NCBI RefSeq assembly: GCF_024521635.1
Contig: NW_026250426.1
Span: 124,001-188,000, forward strand
Direction: 5' to 3'
DNA from: Tricharina praecox
Taxonomy: Eukaryota
DNA length: 64,000 nucleotides
Under the pieces are notes generated by a model, which was not told where the DNA came from, searched no databases, and saw nothing but the letters and a program-made list of their open reading frames with translations. Shown in pieces: positions 39,038 through 54,533 of this stretch. The position numbers and the translations under genes are program-made. Position 1 is the stretch's first letter. The number at the start of each line of letters is the position of its first letter.

Positions 39038-39787
39038 TGCGAGTGTTTCCCACGGATGGATCTTCTTCGTCGAATTGGGGGGAACAGCGGCCCATTATCA
39101 TCAATTTGGATATCACGGAGGCGCTTCGGCTCGAGAAAAGACGTACGGACGTACGTACGTGTGAGTGCTTTCAGCTTAAACCGAATTGCGGGAATCAAGA
39201 GATTCAGCTGCGCAAAATTCCAGCCGCATTCTTATTACTACACAATTCGGGTATGTATCCGAGTATCTCTGCCCTATCAAGTTGGATTATTGCGGGTCTA
39301 GCGGCAGTACCCGTGGTGCATTGCCCCACACTTATCCGTAGGGCTGAGGGGCGCTACCGCCTACACACGGGATCCATTGGCGAGTTATGTGTTACATACC
39401 GGATGCACACGAGATTGTAGGACTTTCCGAACTTGAGCTGGACAGTTCGAGGAACGGTGAAGGCGGGCCTGGGTGTTCGCCTACTACCTCCCCTTTTCAC
39501 GATTTCAAAGCAACAAAATGGAAGAAATATTTGGAGAGTAGAGTTTGCAAGCCGTAGCCCACGATCGCGCAAGACACATTCTACCATGCATCTAACCCAT
39601 CCATCTATTTCCGACATCGCCATTCCTCCCAGCCAGCTACACCATAGATCATAGAACATAGATCGTTTCGTAAACAAAAGAATGATATAGTACAGATTAA
39701 CCCCAGCCCAACCCAGTCCAGTAGTGTCCGGTCCCAAAAAAAAAACGAAAGAAAAAGAAACACGCCGTTTTTCCACACATCGATCGA

Positions 39788-42295
39788 TTACTTCTTATTC
39801 TTCAGCTTCTCCGCCTGGTCCTTCTCGTGCTTCGCGATGAGCTCCTTCTGCATCTGCGGTGGTGCCTGCGAGTAGTGGCTGAACTCCATGGTGAACTCTC
39901 CCTTGCCCTGGGTGGCAGCTCTCAGCTGCGACGAGAACCCAAACATGGCGTTGAGCGAGCACGCGGCCGTGAGGGTGAACTCGTCAACTCCGATATCGGA
40001 CTCCTCGATGACAGCGTTACGCTTGTTCATCAGGCCAACGATGGCTCCCTGGAACTCGTTGGGAGCCGAGATGGCGACCTTCATGAGCGGCTCCAAGACC
40101 ATGGGCTTAGCGGCCAAGAAGGCCTTGCGGAACGCCTGCTGAGTGGCGATTTTGAATGCCATTTCCGAGGAATCGGTCATATGTGTGGCTCCGTCGTTGA
40201 TCACCATGGATGTACCCAAGACCCTGTGGCCGAGCAAGGGTCCCTTCTCGGTTGCCGCAATGAATCCCTTTTCACAAGCGAACAGGAACTTCTCAGAGAT
40301 AGAACCTCCGGTGATCTGCTGCTCAAACTTGTTCTCCTTGATTTCACCGGTAGGCTCCATCCATCCAACGACTCGGGCGTAATCTCCGGCACCTCCGGTC
40401 TGCTTCTTGAGAGTGTGGTCGAAGGGAATACGCTCCGCGATGGTCTCACGGTAGGCGACCTGGGGTTGACCGGTAATACAGTCGACGTTATATTCACGGC
40501 GCATGCGCTCGACGTAAATATCAAGATGGAGCTCTCCCATGCCGCTGATGATGGTCTCCTGCGACTCGGTGTCGACATGAACACGGAAAGTAGGGTCCTC
40601 ACGCTGGAAGCGGTTCATTGCCTTGGAGAAGTTGGCACTCTCCTTGTTGTTCTTTGGTTTGATTGAGAGCGAGATAACCGGTTCGGGGACGAACATGGAG
40701 CTCATGGAGTAGGGGAGGTTTCCGTCGGTGAAAGTGTCACCGGAGGAGCACTCGACACCGAAGACGGCGCAAATTTCTCCGGCACCAATCTCCTGCACAT
40801 CCTCCATCTCGTTGGAGTGCATACGCACAATCCTAGGAACCTTGACCTTCTTTCCGGTCTTCGCATTGTACACGTTCATACCCCTCTTCAGGGTACCCTG
40901 GTACACACGGATGTAGGTCAACTGTCCGTAGTTTCCTTCTTCAAGCTTGAAAGCCAATCCGACGAAAGGCTCAGCTCCGTAAGGAACCAATGTGACCTTA
41001 GCCTCATTGCGGCGGCGGTCGAGAGCGATGTTGGGCACTTCAGCCGGGTTGGGCAGGTAGTCGACGACAGCGTCCAACATCTTCTGAACACCAGTGTTGG
41101 CCAAGGCAGATCCCATGACGACGGGGGTGAACGTGCGGGCGATGGTGGAGCGACGGATAGCGGCCTTGATCAGAGGAATGGATGGAGTCTCTTCGTTGAG
41201 GAAGACCTCGGCGATCTCCTCGTCGACATCGGCGAGGGTCTCAATGAGCACGAGGCGCTTCTCCTCGCAGAGCTTCTGCAGATCTGCGGGGATCTCGTCC
41301 TTCTCGACTACATTGAGTCTAGGCTCCTGTTAGCAGTGCTCGCGATACCCGGGGTGGCTGTAGCCTACCCAGAGGGTCCTTCGAAGTAGACAGCCTTCAT
41401 CTCTACAAGGTCCACAACTCCCTTGAAGCCGTTCTCGACACCAATGGGGACCTGCAGCGAAGCAGCGGCAATCTTCAATTTCTTGTTGATCTGTTCCACG
41501 GCCTTCCATGGGTTGGCGCCCATACGGTCCATCTTGTTGATAAACGAAACTCGGGGAACGTCGTAACGCTTCATCTGCCTGTCGACAGTGATGGTCTGAG
41601 ATTGCACACCGGAAACCGCACACAAGACCAGAACAGCTCCATCCAGCACTCGCAGCGCTCTCTCAACCTCAATGGTGAAGTCAATATGGCCGGGAGTATC
41701 AATCAAGTTGACGTGGTACTTCTGGTCGACGCCGTTGTCGTCCTTCTTCATCCAGTTACAGAAAGTTGCCGCAGACTGAATGGTGATTCCCTTCTCTCGC
41801 TCGAGGTCCATGGAATCCATCTTCGCACCGACACCATCCTTGCCACGCACTTCGTGAATATGTTTGGTCCGTCCGGTGTAGAAAAGAACTCGCTCAGTAC
41901 AGGTTGTCTTGCCGGAATCAATGTGTGCGGCAATTCCGATGTTACGGACTTTGTCCAATCGTGCGGCATCTTCCGGGGCCAGCCCCGCAACCACCGTCTC
42001 GATGGGGATCTCTCCAGAGACTTCCTCCTCGGCCCTACTATCGTCAGTCCAAATTGCTTCCTACAACAGATACAAGGAAGTCTTACTCAGCTGCCTGAGT
42101 GGCAGCAGCGCCAGAGGCATATCTGTAGTTTCCAATCTTGTTGAGTGCCACCGGGAATGCTGCCCTTCGCAGCACAGCGGTGCTGTAGCTGGCATGAGGG
42201 GCCCTAGCTGCGACTCGCAGGCATCGCGAGGGTGCAAAGGTGCTGGCAGTACGGAATGACCGACACTGGGAACGAATGGTGGCCGCTGTCCGCAT
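39788..42295 (-). CDS. MEF1: Mitochondrial translation elongation factor G; exons 42295-42087, 42034-41369, 41318-39788
   Basis: [46 protein letters not shown] and [11 protein letters not shown] motifs; Arg/Ala/Ser-rich mitochondrial presequence. Confidence 0.97.
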
Positions 42296-42924
42296 GGTGG
42301 CGTGGTGAGTTGAGATGTGGATGCTTCTAGGAGACGCGAACTGAAAAATTTAGGATTTCAAGGGTTCAGTTGTAAGTACCGGTGCTCCGAAAACTTATCT
42401 TATCTGATCCGAAGAAGGGTTCATCGGCCGGCACTCGGCAAAAGTGTTTACCTAATACCTGTCCCAACCTTGAACGACCAGAACGAGTGACGTGCAGTGG
42501 AGCTGCATTTGATTCCACGCACGGCATTTACAACGAGAGTAGACTGTGTCTCTACATCCTTCACTTAACGAATGTGTTCAAATCAGGGTTCTATGTATGA
42601 TAGTATTTATGATCTCCAATTGTGTTCATGTCAAATTATGTACATTAGGCACCTACTTCTATTCGTTGCCCTTACCGACTCCGTTGTTGTGTGTGTACTC
42701 ACAACCGGGGAGCTCGATATGTGAACATTCGCTCCGCTTACCTTTCCTCATGTGCTCACCTCCGCTTCCGTCCCATCCCTCCCTAAACATCATACATCAC
42801 GACATACTACACACCACATCAAGATATTACACTCTGACATCCATTTCTCTGCATCTCTCCATACATATCGAATCTGCTACGACCATCTCATCACACTTTC
42901 CGAGCGTAGACTGCTATCGAAAGC

Positions 42925-45155
42925 ATGTTCTACTCTCACGAGATCCTCACTAACCGGAAATATGGTGTCGCGACCATCTGGTATGTTCCTTCTGTCCCCA
43001 ACATCTGGCGCACAGACATATGGACCGCTGCTGACGACGGACATGAAGGCTGGTTGCTACGCTAGGTCTGAGCAGGCTGCGCAAAGTCAACCGGAAGGAA
43101 ATCCTCGCAGTTAATCTTCCGAAGGCCTGTGACACAGTCACCAACCCTGAGGCACCGTTGGCTCTCCGGCTTCAATCGAATCTTCTCGTTGGAATCTCTC
43201 GAGTCTACCTGCAGCAGTTTGAGTACCTCTATCACGATGTTTCCAACGCTCACATGAGCATGAAGAGGCTTGAGATGATCGACACAGCTAATATCAACAT
43301 CAAGCCTACGAGAGAAGCCCAGTGAGCATCGGCCGGGAGTGCGTCGCTGTAAGAAAGATGTAGGCTAATTGTGTAGTGCCGAACAGCTCATTCTGCCGGA
43401 CGACCCGAGGATACACCCCGACCTCCTGGGACTCGATCTTGCCGAGCTTCGAGACTTGTTGCTCGACGACATTGTTGACGCCCGGGAACCGGAGCTGGGT
43501 GCGGACTCGCTCATATTCAGCACCCCGGCGCAGCAAGGCTCCGCTGCGGGATCGCAACGGACCCCATTCGGGCTGGGCCCAGGAACTTCACCAAGCTCTG
43601 TTGCAGGAATCGGCGGATTCACTCCCTTCCAGCTTTCCGAGATCAACACGGACAAAGCACTTTCACCACTTCGAGATCTCGACTCCCAACTTGACCGGTT
43701 TGAAGAAAACCCACTCTTCGGTTTCGACGCAGACGGGAATTTCAGGGACAATACTCCACAACTCCCCCCGCTACTTGTAGGAGACGAGTCGCCGACCGTT
43801 GCTGCTAAAGCGAGGAAGCGTAAGCCGGGCGTTGGAAGTCACTTGGACAGCGACGACATCGAAGAGCAGGTCCGCCGTGAGCACGAAGAGGGTCACCAGG
43901 ATGCCATGGAGGCAAGTTGCCGTTTCCTCCTGTTATCTTGCCTGCAATAACAGTTCTAAGGGCTGACAAATCAGATTGATCAGCCGATGGGTGAGGATTT
44001 GGTTTTGCCAAACATGATGGACCTGATGGACCTAGAAGAGCAACTACCCGTCCCCAATGTTGAAGCTGAAGTTGAGAAGGAGAAGGAAGTAACCCCCGTC
44101 CCCGCTGTTCGTCGTGCCCGCACCAAGCATGTAATCGTCGACAATAACAGCTGTGTGATCGTCCACGATACCCTCAAGGCCTGGAATACTGGTTACGCCG
44201 AACTCATGGAAAACAACTGGGAGGCAAAGATCGAAAACCTGAAGCATCGTCAGAATAGGCTTGCGATCATCAACCGAGCTATTATTGGAGAAGTTGGTCC
44301 AGCTTTCAAGTCGATGTTCTCTACGCAGGCGATCCTGGACAAATTTCAAGCATCCGCCGCCAATGCCGGAAGCCAGGGAGAGGAGGAAAATGCCCGGAGC
44401 TCTCAGGAAGGAGTTCAGGGGGAAGGAGAGCAGGAAGTTGGCCGCAGTGGGGATAATCAGGGGGCTGAGGTTCTTCCCGACGCCGCTGGATCTGATGTGG
44501 AGCTTGGCCGTGATGCTCCTCTGCACCGGGAGGACGTGGTCAGCTTACACAGTGGCGACCATATCATCTCCCCTGGAGGAGGTGCAAGCAGTAGCAGTGG
44601 CATGGGAGGAGGATTTGTCGCACGGCAGAGCTCGAGTCCTCTTCAGCTAAGGACTGGCCGCGCCGGGTCCAGAATCAGCGTTGCGGGATCTATTCTTGAG
44701 GTCGTCGAAGAGGTTGACGAGAGCAACCTACTCATGCCTGATTACGTTCCTGATCAGTTTGATTTTTACGGTGGTATGTTGCCCAGTTCTGTGTCTGCTG
44801 GGAAGACGCTAATCGGTGATATCAGAAGCCAGAGCTGCTCATGAAGAAATCAACAATGAGAGGGAAATCTCTGCTTTCTATGAGTATTTTCTCCTTACCC
44901 TGGTGCCTCAGACGTGCTGGTACTGATAAGACCAGCCACATCAAGAAAAAGCTGGCTACCGAGCAAGCCCATCGCGAGGCTGAACTCGAAGAGCAGATTG
45001 ACCACATCGTCTTCCAGGAGATCGTTAAGCCTGACCGGTCTAACCGCCGCCTCGCCGCCGCCGCATTCCACCACACTTTGGTGCTGGCTACCATGGGACT
45101 CATCCGGCTCAACCAGGACGCGCATTTTGGCGAGATCCGCATTGGCCTCGTGTAA
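42925..45155 (+). CDS. REC8: Meiotic cohesin kleisin Rec8 (Rad21/Rec8 family), 6 exons
   Basis: Spliced N-terminus MFYSHEILTNRKYGVATIWLVATLG...KAC...PLALRLQSNLLVGISRVY; C-terminal winged-helix RRLAAAAFHHTLVLAT...QDAHFGEIRI. The frame stays open across five introns, one of them GC-AG. Confidence 0.92.
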
Positions 45156-47292
45156 ACTGCGGTTGAACGAATGCCCATCCTCGGTATAGTTACATAGAGG
45201 AAGTGTCAACGTGCCGGAGATTTGCCGTTTTTTTGTTTCTTTGAGAAGTACTTACCATTTGTTTTTTTTCTCTCTCTCCAAAAGTTTGAACACATAGGGG
45301 TATGATAGTAGGTACCGTAGATGATCATGGTAGTGCTTTTGAGTATTCGTATCGCGTGAGCCTGACACCTACGAGGCTGTAAGGGGCTTGTCTCCGCTTC
45401 GGCTTCTCCCGCCTTTCCCGCTCGTTCTTCTGTCGACATGTGTGGAAAGTCCTACATCAAAGTACTTTCACCAACAACGTCAGGTGCGATTACTCGCCGT
45501 TTGATTGGCCTGCAGCGTGTAATTTCTGTAAGGCGTGCGTCTAGCTAGCCGCTATCGCGCCCTGTTGAGTGCGTAGGTACTACTTATCCCGTTGATCTGT
45601 GTTGTGTTGTGGTGTGCTGTCCTGCCTTAAATTTTAGGTGAGCCCAAATCCAAACTCGTCTTATCAAATCCTTTCTTGTGAGACTCGTTTCAGAGTAGGA
45701 CCACGATCCCATGGCTTCCGGATTCCCGGTCGATAGATACACATCAATCCTGGCCCGCCGCCCGCCTCATGCCCTGCAAATGCAAATGCGCCTTCGCTAA
45801 ACAAGAGACGAGGTTGACGAAATTCAATATGTGTCTTCACGGATGAGAACATTCCTCAACATAAACCTAGATATAGTTATCCGTCCAGCCGAGAAGACGA
45901 GAAGATGCGATCCTTGCCAGCCAGATTGTTTGCAAGCATCCCCCACCCCTGGATCTAGATCAGCTTGCGTCATATATTTCAAAGGGGATCCGACGATGGT
46001 GCTGAAGAATTTATATCCACATCCCATCTCCGCCTAGCGAAGGCTCCGCGTCGATGCTAATGCCGATCAGATACATACCCGTCCGTCGCATACGAACTCG
46101 GACCGGAGGCTGTCCGGTAAGTCCGCTAGGTACTTGGGTAGGTACAGTTTACCTGCTAGTTTTGGAGGTTTGGTTTGATTTGGTTTGGTGCTCTATATAT
46201 TCCGGCTGTTTTGTCCGGTCCGGAAAGACGTCATGGCATGCCATGGACCAGGCCGACGGCGGACGCGGTTGGAGTCTATGCTAGGGATCCAGGGCTTTCT
46301 AGCAGTGGGCACTGGGGAGCATGACAGGAGACACGATATGTTGATGTTCCCCTCAGACCGCCTCTTCACCGTGACGATCTCCAAAACTGCCGGAAGCAAA
46401 TGCAGCCTCATGAAGATCCTGATGCCCGCCCCTTCCTCCGCCTCGCCGCGCCTCTCGAGACTGACGCGCTGCTGCTGGCTGCTCTCCCGTTAGTTATGTA
46501 CTCCACTCCACTGGACCGCCGAGTGCGTGTTTGTACCTACGTGCTGATGCAAGACATTTCCTGGGATCTGCGACAGGGGAAACCTGGGGCAGGGTTCTGT
46601 ATGGGTTGCCTTGACGACGCCCCCTGTATGCTAGAGTATACCCCCCTTTCCCCCCTTCCCTGAGTTCCCCACCAAAGCAAAGCAGTTGTTGCCTGTGTGG
46701 TTGTGGTTGTGTGTGTCTGTCTGTCGGCAATCATAAAGTCAAAACAAATCCCCGAACTCGGACTCGAACGAACGGGTACATACCCTGGAGACACAGATAG
46801 ATCCCGTGTGTACGTGCGTGTGAAAGACAAGAAGAGAAGCTCATCTCTTCCCTCTCTGCCTCATCCTCATCTTCCTTCTACTTTATTACAAGATCTCCTC
46901 CTCCTCCTCCTCCTCCTCTGCCTCGTCCTCCTCGTCCTCCATCTTCTCCGACTCCACCTTCCCTACCCGACTGTCTTAATCGTTGGTTCCCTCTGCTCAC
47001 TCTACTCTGCCTTACCTACTCTACTCTCCCATAACAACAACTCAATCCCATCTTCCGACCTCCCGACCTTCCGCTGCTACCTCACTCACTGCTACCATCA
47101 CCACAACCATCATCAACCACTAACCACCAACCACCAACCACCAACCACCAACACCACCACCACCTACCGCACCAACACCAACACCAACACCCATCTCCCC
47201 CCGAAGCGCGGTTATCGCCTTCACCACCACCAGCTCTTCTCCCTTACCCGCCAAACCCCCCTACCCCACATCTCACCCAACCAACTAAGAAG

Positions 47293-49521
<2,229 letters not shown>

Positions 49522-50115
49522 ATGTTGGCTTGTACGGGTCTTCTGCAATGATGGGCGTTAATGGGGCACTGTATTTGTGGTGGCATAGCGATTGGTCAAG
49601 CGGGCTGGGCTTTTTTTTTTCTTTTTTCTTTTTTTTTTGTGAGGGTTGGGAATTCACGGGCTCGGGATTTGCGTTTTCCTTCTACTCTACTTTCTTTCTT
49701 CCTTCCTTCATTCCATTGATCGAATTCGGATTATCCACGTTTTTCATGTGCAATAGATACCACTTGCTCTTTGTACCTTACTACTTTTTGTCTTTACTAC
49801 CAACCAACCAGTGTAATGCTTTAATACAATACACTTCCCTTTTTTGTCGGTGGGCTGGCTGAAGCTCAAGCTCGGACGTGGAAGATGATATTCTGTGATG
49901 AATAGTTTTCCATGTTCATCAAGTGGCGCTAAACTATGACTGGACAAGCGTGACTTAGTGGTTAGTTGCAACCCCGCAAACCAACTAAAAACCCCCACCA
50001 TCGCTCGACGCGCTTCTTCTCGACCTCGCAGCTCTCCACTTCACCACCACCGCATCTACGCAGCTTACGCTCAATCGATCGATCGACTCGTACAGACAGA
50101 CAAAACGCAGCAATA

Positions 50116-51557
50116 ATGGCCGAAATGAGCGCGCAAGAAAAGATTGCCCTGATCACGCAGGGCCTGCAGGAAGTCCTCAAGAAGGAGCTCATCATCGACG
50201 TGATCGAGAAGCAGAACCGGCCGCTGAAGATCTACTGGGGTGAGTCTTCTTCTTCTTCCACCTCACATCTTGTTGTGGGGTGTGATGTCCACGTTGCTCG
50301 TGCTGACCCATCCGCACTCACAGGCACGGCGCCCACGGGCCGCCCACACTGCGGCTACTTCGTGCCGATGGTGAAGATCGCGCACTTCCTGCGGGCGGGG
50401 TGTTCGGTGCAGATCCTATTGGCGGACATCCACGCGTTCCTTGACAACCTGAAGGCGCCGCTGGAGCTTGTCGCGCACCGGGCGACCTACTACGAATTTC
50501 TGATCAAGGCGATGTTGCGGTCGATTGGCGTGCCGCTCGACAAGCTCAAATTTGTCAAGGGCAGCGATTACCAGCTCACACCCGCGTATACTATGGACCT
50601 GTTTAGATTGTCAAGTATCGTCTCGGAACATGATGCCAAGAAGGCGGGTGCGGAGGTCGTCAAGCAGGTTGCGAGCCCGCTGCTCAGTGGGCTCATCTAT
50701 CCGCTCATGCAGGCCCTGGATGAGGAACATCTCGGTGTTGATGCGCAGTTTGGAGGAGTCGATCAGAGGAAGATCTTTACGCTTGCGGCGGAGAACTTGG
50801 GCAAGATCGGGATGAAGGAGAGAGCGCATTTGATGAATCCGATGGTGCCCGGACTTGCTGGCGGGTAGGTCCCCACCTCTCCCCCAATTCATCTCACGGG
50901 GATCACGGGGGCTCACGGGAAATAGCAAAATGTCCGCCTCAGATCCCAACTCCAAGATCGACCTGCTGGAGAAACCGGATGCTGTCAAGAGCAAACTCAA
51001 GAAGGCCGTCTGCGCGCCGCAGGAGATCGAGGGTAACGGCGTGATCTCGTTCGTCGAGTACGTGCTCTTCCCGTGCGCGCAGCTCTCGGGGAAGTCCTCG
51101 TTCCACGTCCCTCGCCCCGAGAAATATGGTGGCCCCGTGGACTACGCCACTATGGACGAGCTGAAGGCGGCGTACGCCGACGGATCGGTAGGACCCATGC
51201 CTGCACCCAACCAAGCACTAGTTAGTCTCTGCTAACCGTTCGTAGCTCCAACCTGGCGATCTCAAGGCTGGTGTAGAGCTAGCTCTCAATGCCCTCCTCG
51301 CCCCGATCCAGGAGGAGTTCAACAACAACGCAGAGTTCCAGAAGATTTCGGAGCTGGCGTACCCGCCGCCGGTGGTCCAGAAGAAGCAGAAGAAGGAGAA
51401 GAAGATTGGCAGTGGATACCCCGCGAAGGACAAGAAGACGGATGCGGCTGTCGCTCAGGCTGTGGCCGACGGGAAGGTCAAGCCCGAGGAGGCCGTCGCG
51501 CAGGCGGTGGGTACCGGCGCGGAGGATGCGATGGAGAAGCTCAAGGTTGCGGAATAA
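50116..51557 (+). CDS. TYS1: Cytoplasmic tyrosyl-tRNA synthetase, 4 exons
   Basis: [15 protein letters not shown] (HIGH-like), [26 protein letters not shown] and KMSAS motifs. Confidence 0.97.
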
Positions 51558-51703
51558 GCAGTGCGGTGATACGTAGCGATGCATTTAGCTGGCGACGGCG
51601 GCGGTGATGGGATAATTTGTACATAGACTAGGCACCTAGGGGGCGGGCGTAATCAATCATTCCTTCATTCCTTCATTCCTCATCAAGGCACATACACCAA
51701 CCA

Positions 51704-52480
51704 TCACCACTCAACCCTCTCCCCCATCCAATCGTAGAACCCGCCCCTCTGGGCCACGTCCAGTCCCATAACCACACCAAGTACCTTCTCTGCCGCGTCT
51801 TCCGGCTCGAAGAGCTGTCCCTCCGGCACATGGTCCCAGAACTCCTTACTCAACCCCGTCCGCACCGTGCCGGGGTGTATCGCCACCGCCATCGCCGCAT
51901 CGCCACTCCTCCCCGCAAGGTATATATCAAAACTCTTCGTCACAGCATTCAACCCCGCCTTCGACGCGCGGTAGCTATACCATCCACCAGCGCGATTATC
52001 ACCAATCGAGCCGACGCGCGCAGAGAGGTTAACCCACACCGCAGGTGTCGCCGCCGGTGTGCCTTTCTCCGCATCACCCCGTCGCCGCCGCGGCAGGAAC
52101 TGGCCGAAATGCTTCATGACCAACATAGGCCCGAGGAGGTTTGTGCGCAGCGTGTCGAGCGCAGCGTCGTGCTCGATTGCACCCGGGGAGCGCTCCGGGT
52201 ATAGCACTCCCGCCGTCGAGAATATGTACTCCGCCGTGTCCGTCGGGAACTGTGTGCGCACGGCTGCAGCTGCCGCGGCGAGCGTGGGCTCGGACTTCAC
52301 GTCGGCGTGGAGGACTGTTACGCGTGATGAAGGAATTGAGGAGGAGGTCAGGGCGGACTGCAGCGCGGACGGCGAGTGTCGGCACGTCGCGATTAGGTGG
52401 TTCGGTGATGAGTGGAGCAGGGCTTGGGCGAGTGCGAGCGAGAGGCCGCGCGAGGAGGGGAGGATTATGTTGAATGGCAT
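51704..52480 (-). CDS. Short-chain dehydrogenase/reductase (CsgA/C-factor-like), intronless
   Basis: Variant Rossmann motif PSSRGLSLALA, SARVGSIGDNRAGGWYSYRASKA (YxxxK), HPGTVRT and GGFYDW.G end. Confidence 0.92.
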   Translation of the reverse strand: MPFNIILPSSRGLSLALAQALLHSSPNHLIATCRHSPSALQSALTSSSIPSSRVTVLHADVKSEPTLAAAAAAVRTQFPTDTAEYIFSTAGVLYPERSPGAIEHDAALDTLRTNLLGPMLVMKHFGQFLPRRRRGDAEKGTPAATPAVWVNLSARVGSIGDNRAGGWYSYRASKAGLNAVTKSFDIYLAGRSGDAAMAVAIHPGTVRTGLSKEFWDHVPEGQLFEPEDAAEKVLGVVMGLDVAQRGGFYDWMGERVEW

Positions 52481-53006
52481 GGTGAGGGTCAATGGTCAAT
52501 GAGAGGTGAGGGTGAGAGGGAGTGGGCGAGCGGTAGGAGAGTGAGAGAGTGTGGGAAAGTGGTGACGACATGCTGCATGAGCCACAAAGGTGCCTGGGCC
52601 GTGCGCTGGTTTGTGCTACCTGACGCGAGGTTATCTCGTTGTAAGGAGTCATACGCAGGGTCCAGGAGGGTACGATTTGACTCTGGGCGTGTGAACCCTC
52701 TGCACTGTCCAGACGTAGACGTCGACCGAGTGACTATGAATGCACCTAGATAAACGACCGGCGGTGTGTGTCGTACATCCCAATACCTTACCACCGCATC
52801 ATATTACTTGACCAGAGAAGGGATTGCCGATACGCGGAAAAGGCACATTGGTTGAGTGACCTCACATGAAGTACGAACCCACACGGTCGTCACCAGCGAT
52901 GAGCCTAACGATTGATTGCGCACCAGAAACCCAGGTAGATTCGTAGTAGGTAACTGCCAGGTATCGAATGCACACACACCCCGCCCTTTCTCCAACCAGT
53001 CTGCAT

Positions 53007-53622
53007 CTAAGCCTTCGGGGGCAACTGAGACAGGATCGGGCTCTCGGCCTGCTGCTTCTTCAGTTCGCGACGGTAACTATCGCACATTAGCCACCACCAC
53101 CCGGACCCATCATATCCGTAACGTAGGAAGACTCACAGCGCAATCCTGGTCAACTGCGTAGCACCGACGACACCCAGGAAGAAGTTGACAGCAGCCAACC
53201 TGTCGCACACATACACGGTCAGTCATTCGCTGCTCAAAAACCGGGGGTTGTGAAAGCGACGTACGGAATGTTGCGAGGCTTGATGATCAGACACCAACGC
53301 GTCCAGATCATTCCGGTCGCGGTCAGCGCGGCATTCTGGTTGACGGACAGGTCCTGGACGGGTCTATAGAAGTCACTAATTCCGGCGATGACGAGACCCC
53401 ACTATTGCGTGTGAGCGAGCCTCACGAGTGACGATAGAGGAGGGCTACGGAGGATGTACCTTGAGAACGGGAGCCTGCAGGATAACATGTTAGCACGCAC
53501 ACGACACGCCGGAGATAAGAAATCCGCGATCGGAGTAAAATACATACCCAGAAGTGCACGGTCCTAGGGTTGAACGCGGGGTTAATGGCCTTGACGGCGG
53601 CGGTGGCACCTTGAGAAGCCAT
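53007..53622 (-). CDS. MPC2: Mitochondrial pyruvate carrier, MPC2/MPC3 type, 5 exons including a 15-nt exon at 53460-53474
   Basis: Spliced protein PRTVHFWAPVLKWGLVIAGISDFYRP...ALTATGMIWTRWCLIIKPRN.LAAVNFFLG.VG.TQLTRI. Confidence 0.92.
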
Positions 53623-53930
53623 CTTGCTGTTGTTCTGTGTGTTGTGGTGGTTGTAGTGGTGTCGGCGGATGTGGAATTGGATGGCGGGGTTGTAGCGTAG
53701 AAGTCGTTGGCGACTGACTGGTGTCGGTCGGCGACTGGTGTGTTGAAGCTCCTTCCGCCGCCAAATTGCCCCTAACAAATAACCAAAGCGTCACCAGCTG
53801 ACTAATCCCAGCCCACCCGCATTCAAATCCACATTTACCCCGACAACCCGGAAGTGAGCCTCACCACAACATTCCACCCCGCCACTCCCATCGCCTATCC
53901 TCCTCGAACACCACCACGAAAACAGCAACA

Positions 53931-54333
53931 ATGGCATCGCGATACGCATTCTCGAGTGGCCTCAAGGAGCTGCGATTCCTGTTCTGTCAGACCGGAGAAC
54001 AGAGCAGCGCTGTTCGGTAGCCGCCACTTCCGTCCGCCCAATCCCGCGCGATGAGCTCACAAGTCGACAGACAGTTCTTAGCGAAATCATACCCGGTTAT
54101 GAAGAAGCATAATCCAGACACGCCAATCATGATTCGGGAAGCTGCCGGCATCGAGCCGAGGGTCTTTGCTCGTTTCGGTGAGCACCCCGGATTTACGGAG
54201 GTGTAGACTGTATGTGGCTAATGCGCTGGGGATGGCAGAGTTCGGCAAGGAGACACAGAAGCCGCTGATGGGGCTCTCGGACAAGGAGATCGAGGAAGCT
54301 GTCAACGGGCTGGTAAAGAATGGGTCAGCATAG
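53931..54333 (+). CDS. NDUFA2: NADH:ubiquinone oxidoreductase 10.5-kDa subunit (NDUFA2/B8), 3 exons; absent from the ORF track
   Basis: Spliced protein MASRYAFSSGLKELRFLFCQTGEQSSAVRQFLAKSYPVMKKHNPDTPIMIREAAGIEPRVFARFEFGKE...GLSDKEIEEAV. Confidence 0.93.
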
Positions 54334-54533
54334 GTGGGAGTCGGAGGAGGAGGGGAAGCTATGGTGGATGTATGCACGGCTACACACAACATGTCTACTA
54401 GATTCTACACGTCCACGGTTACATACGCTTCAATCACGGTCTACCGAAAAATCACTCGTTTTTGTGTTCAATATTCCCACGGATATCATTGCGCCAGCTA
54501 TATGCTCCACCACTAGATATGCATCACTACAAT

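Noticed and set aside
39827..41389. Long + strand ORFs (279 aa, 190 aa)
   Set aside because: Antisense shadows of the codon-biased EF-G gene.
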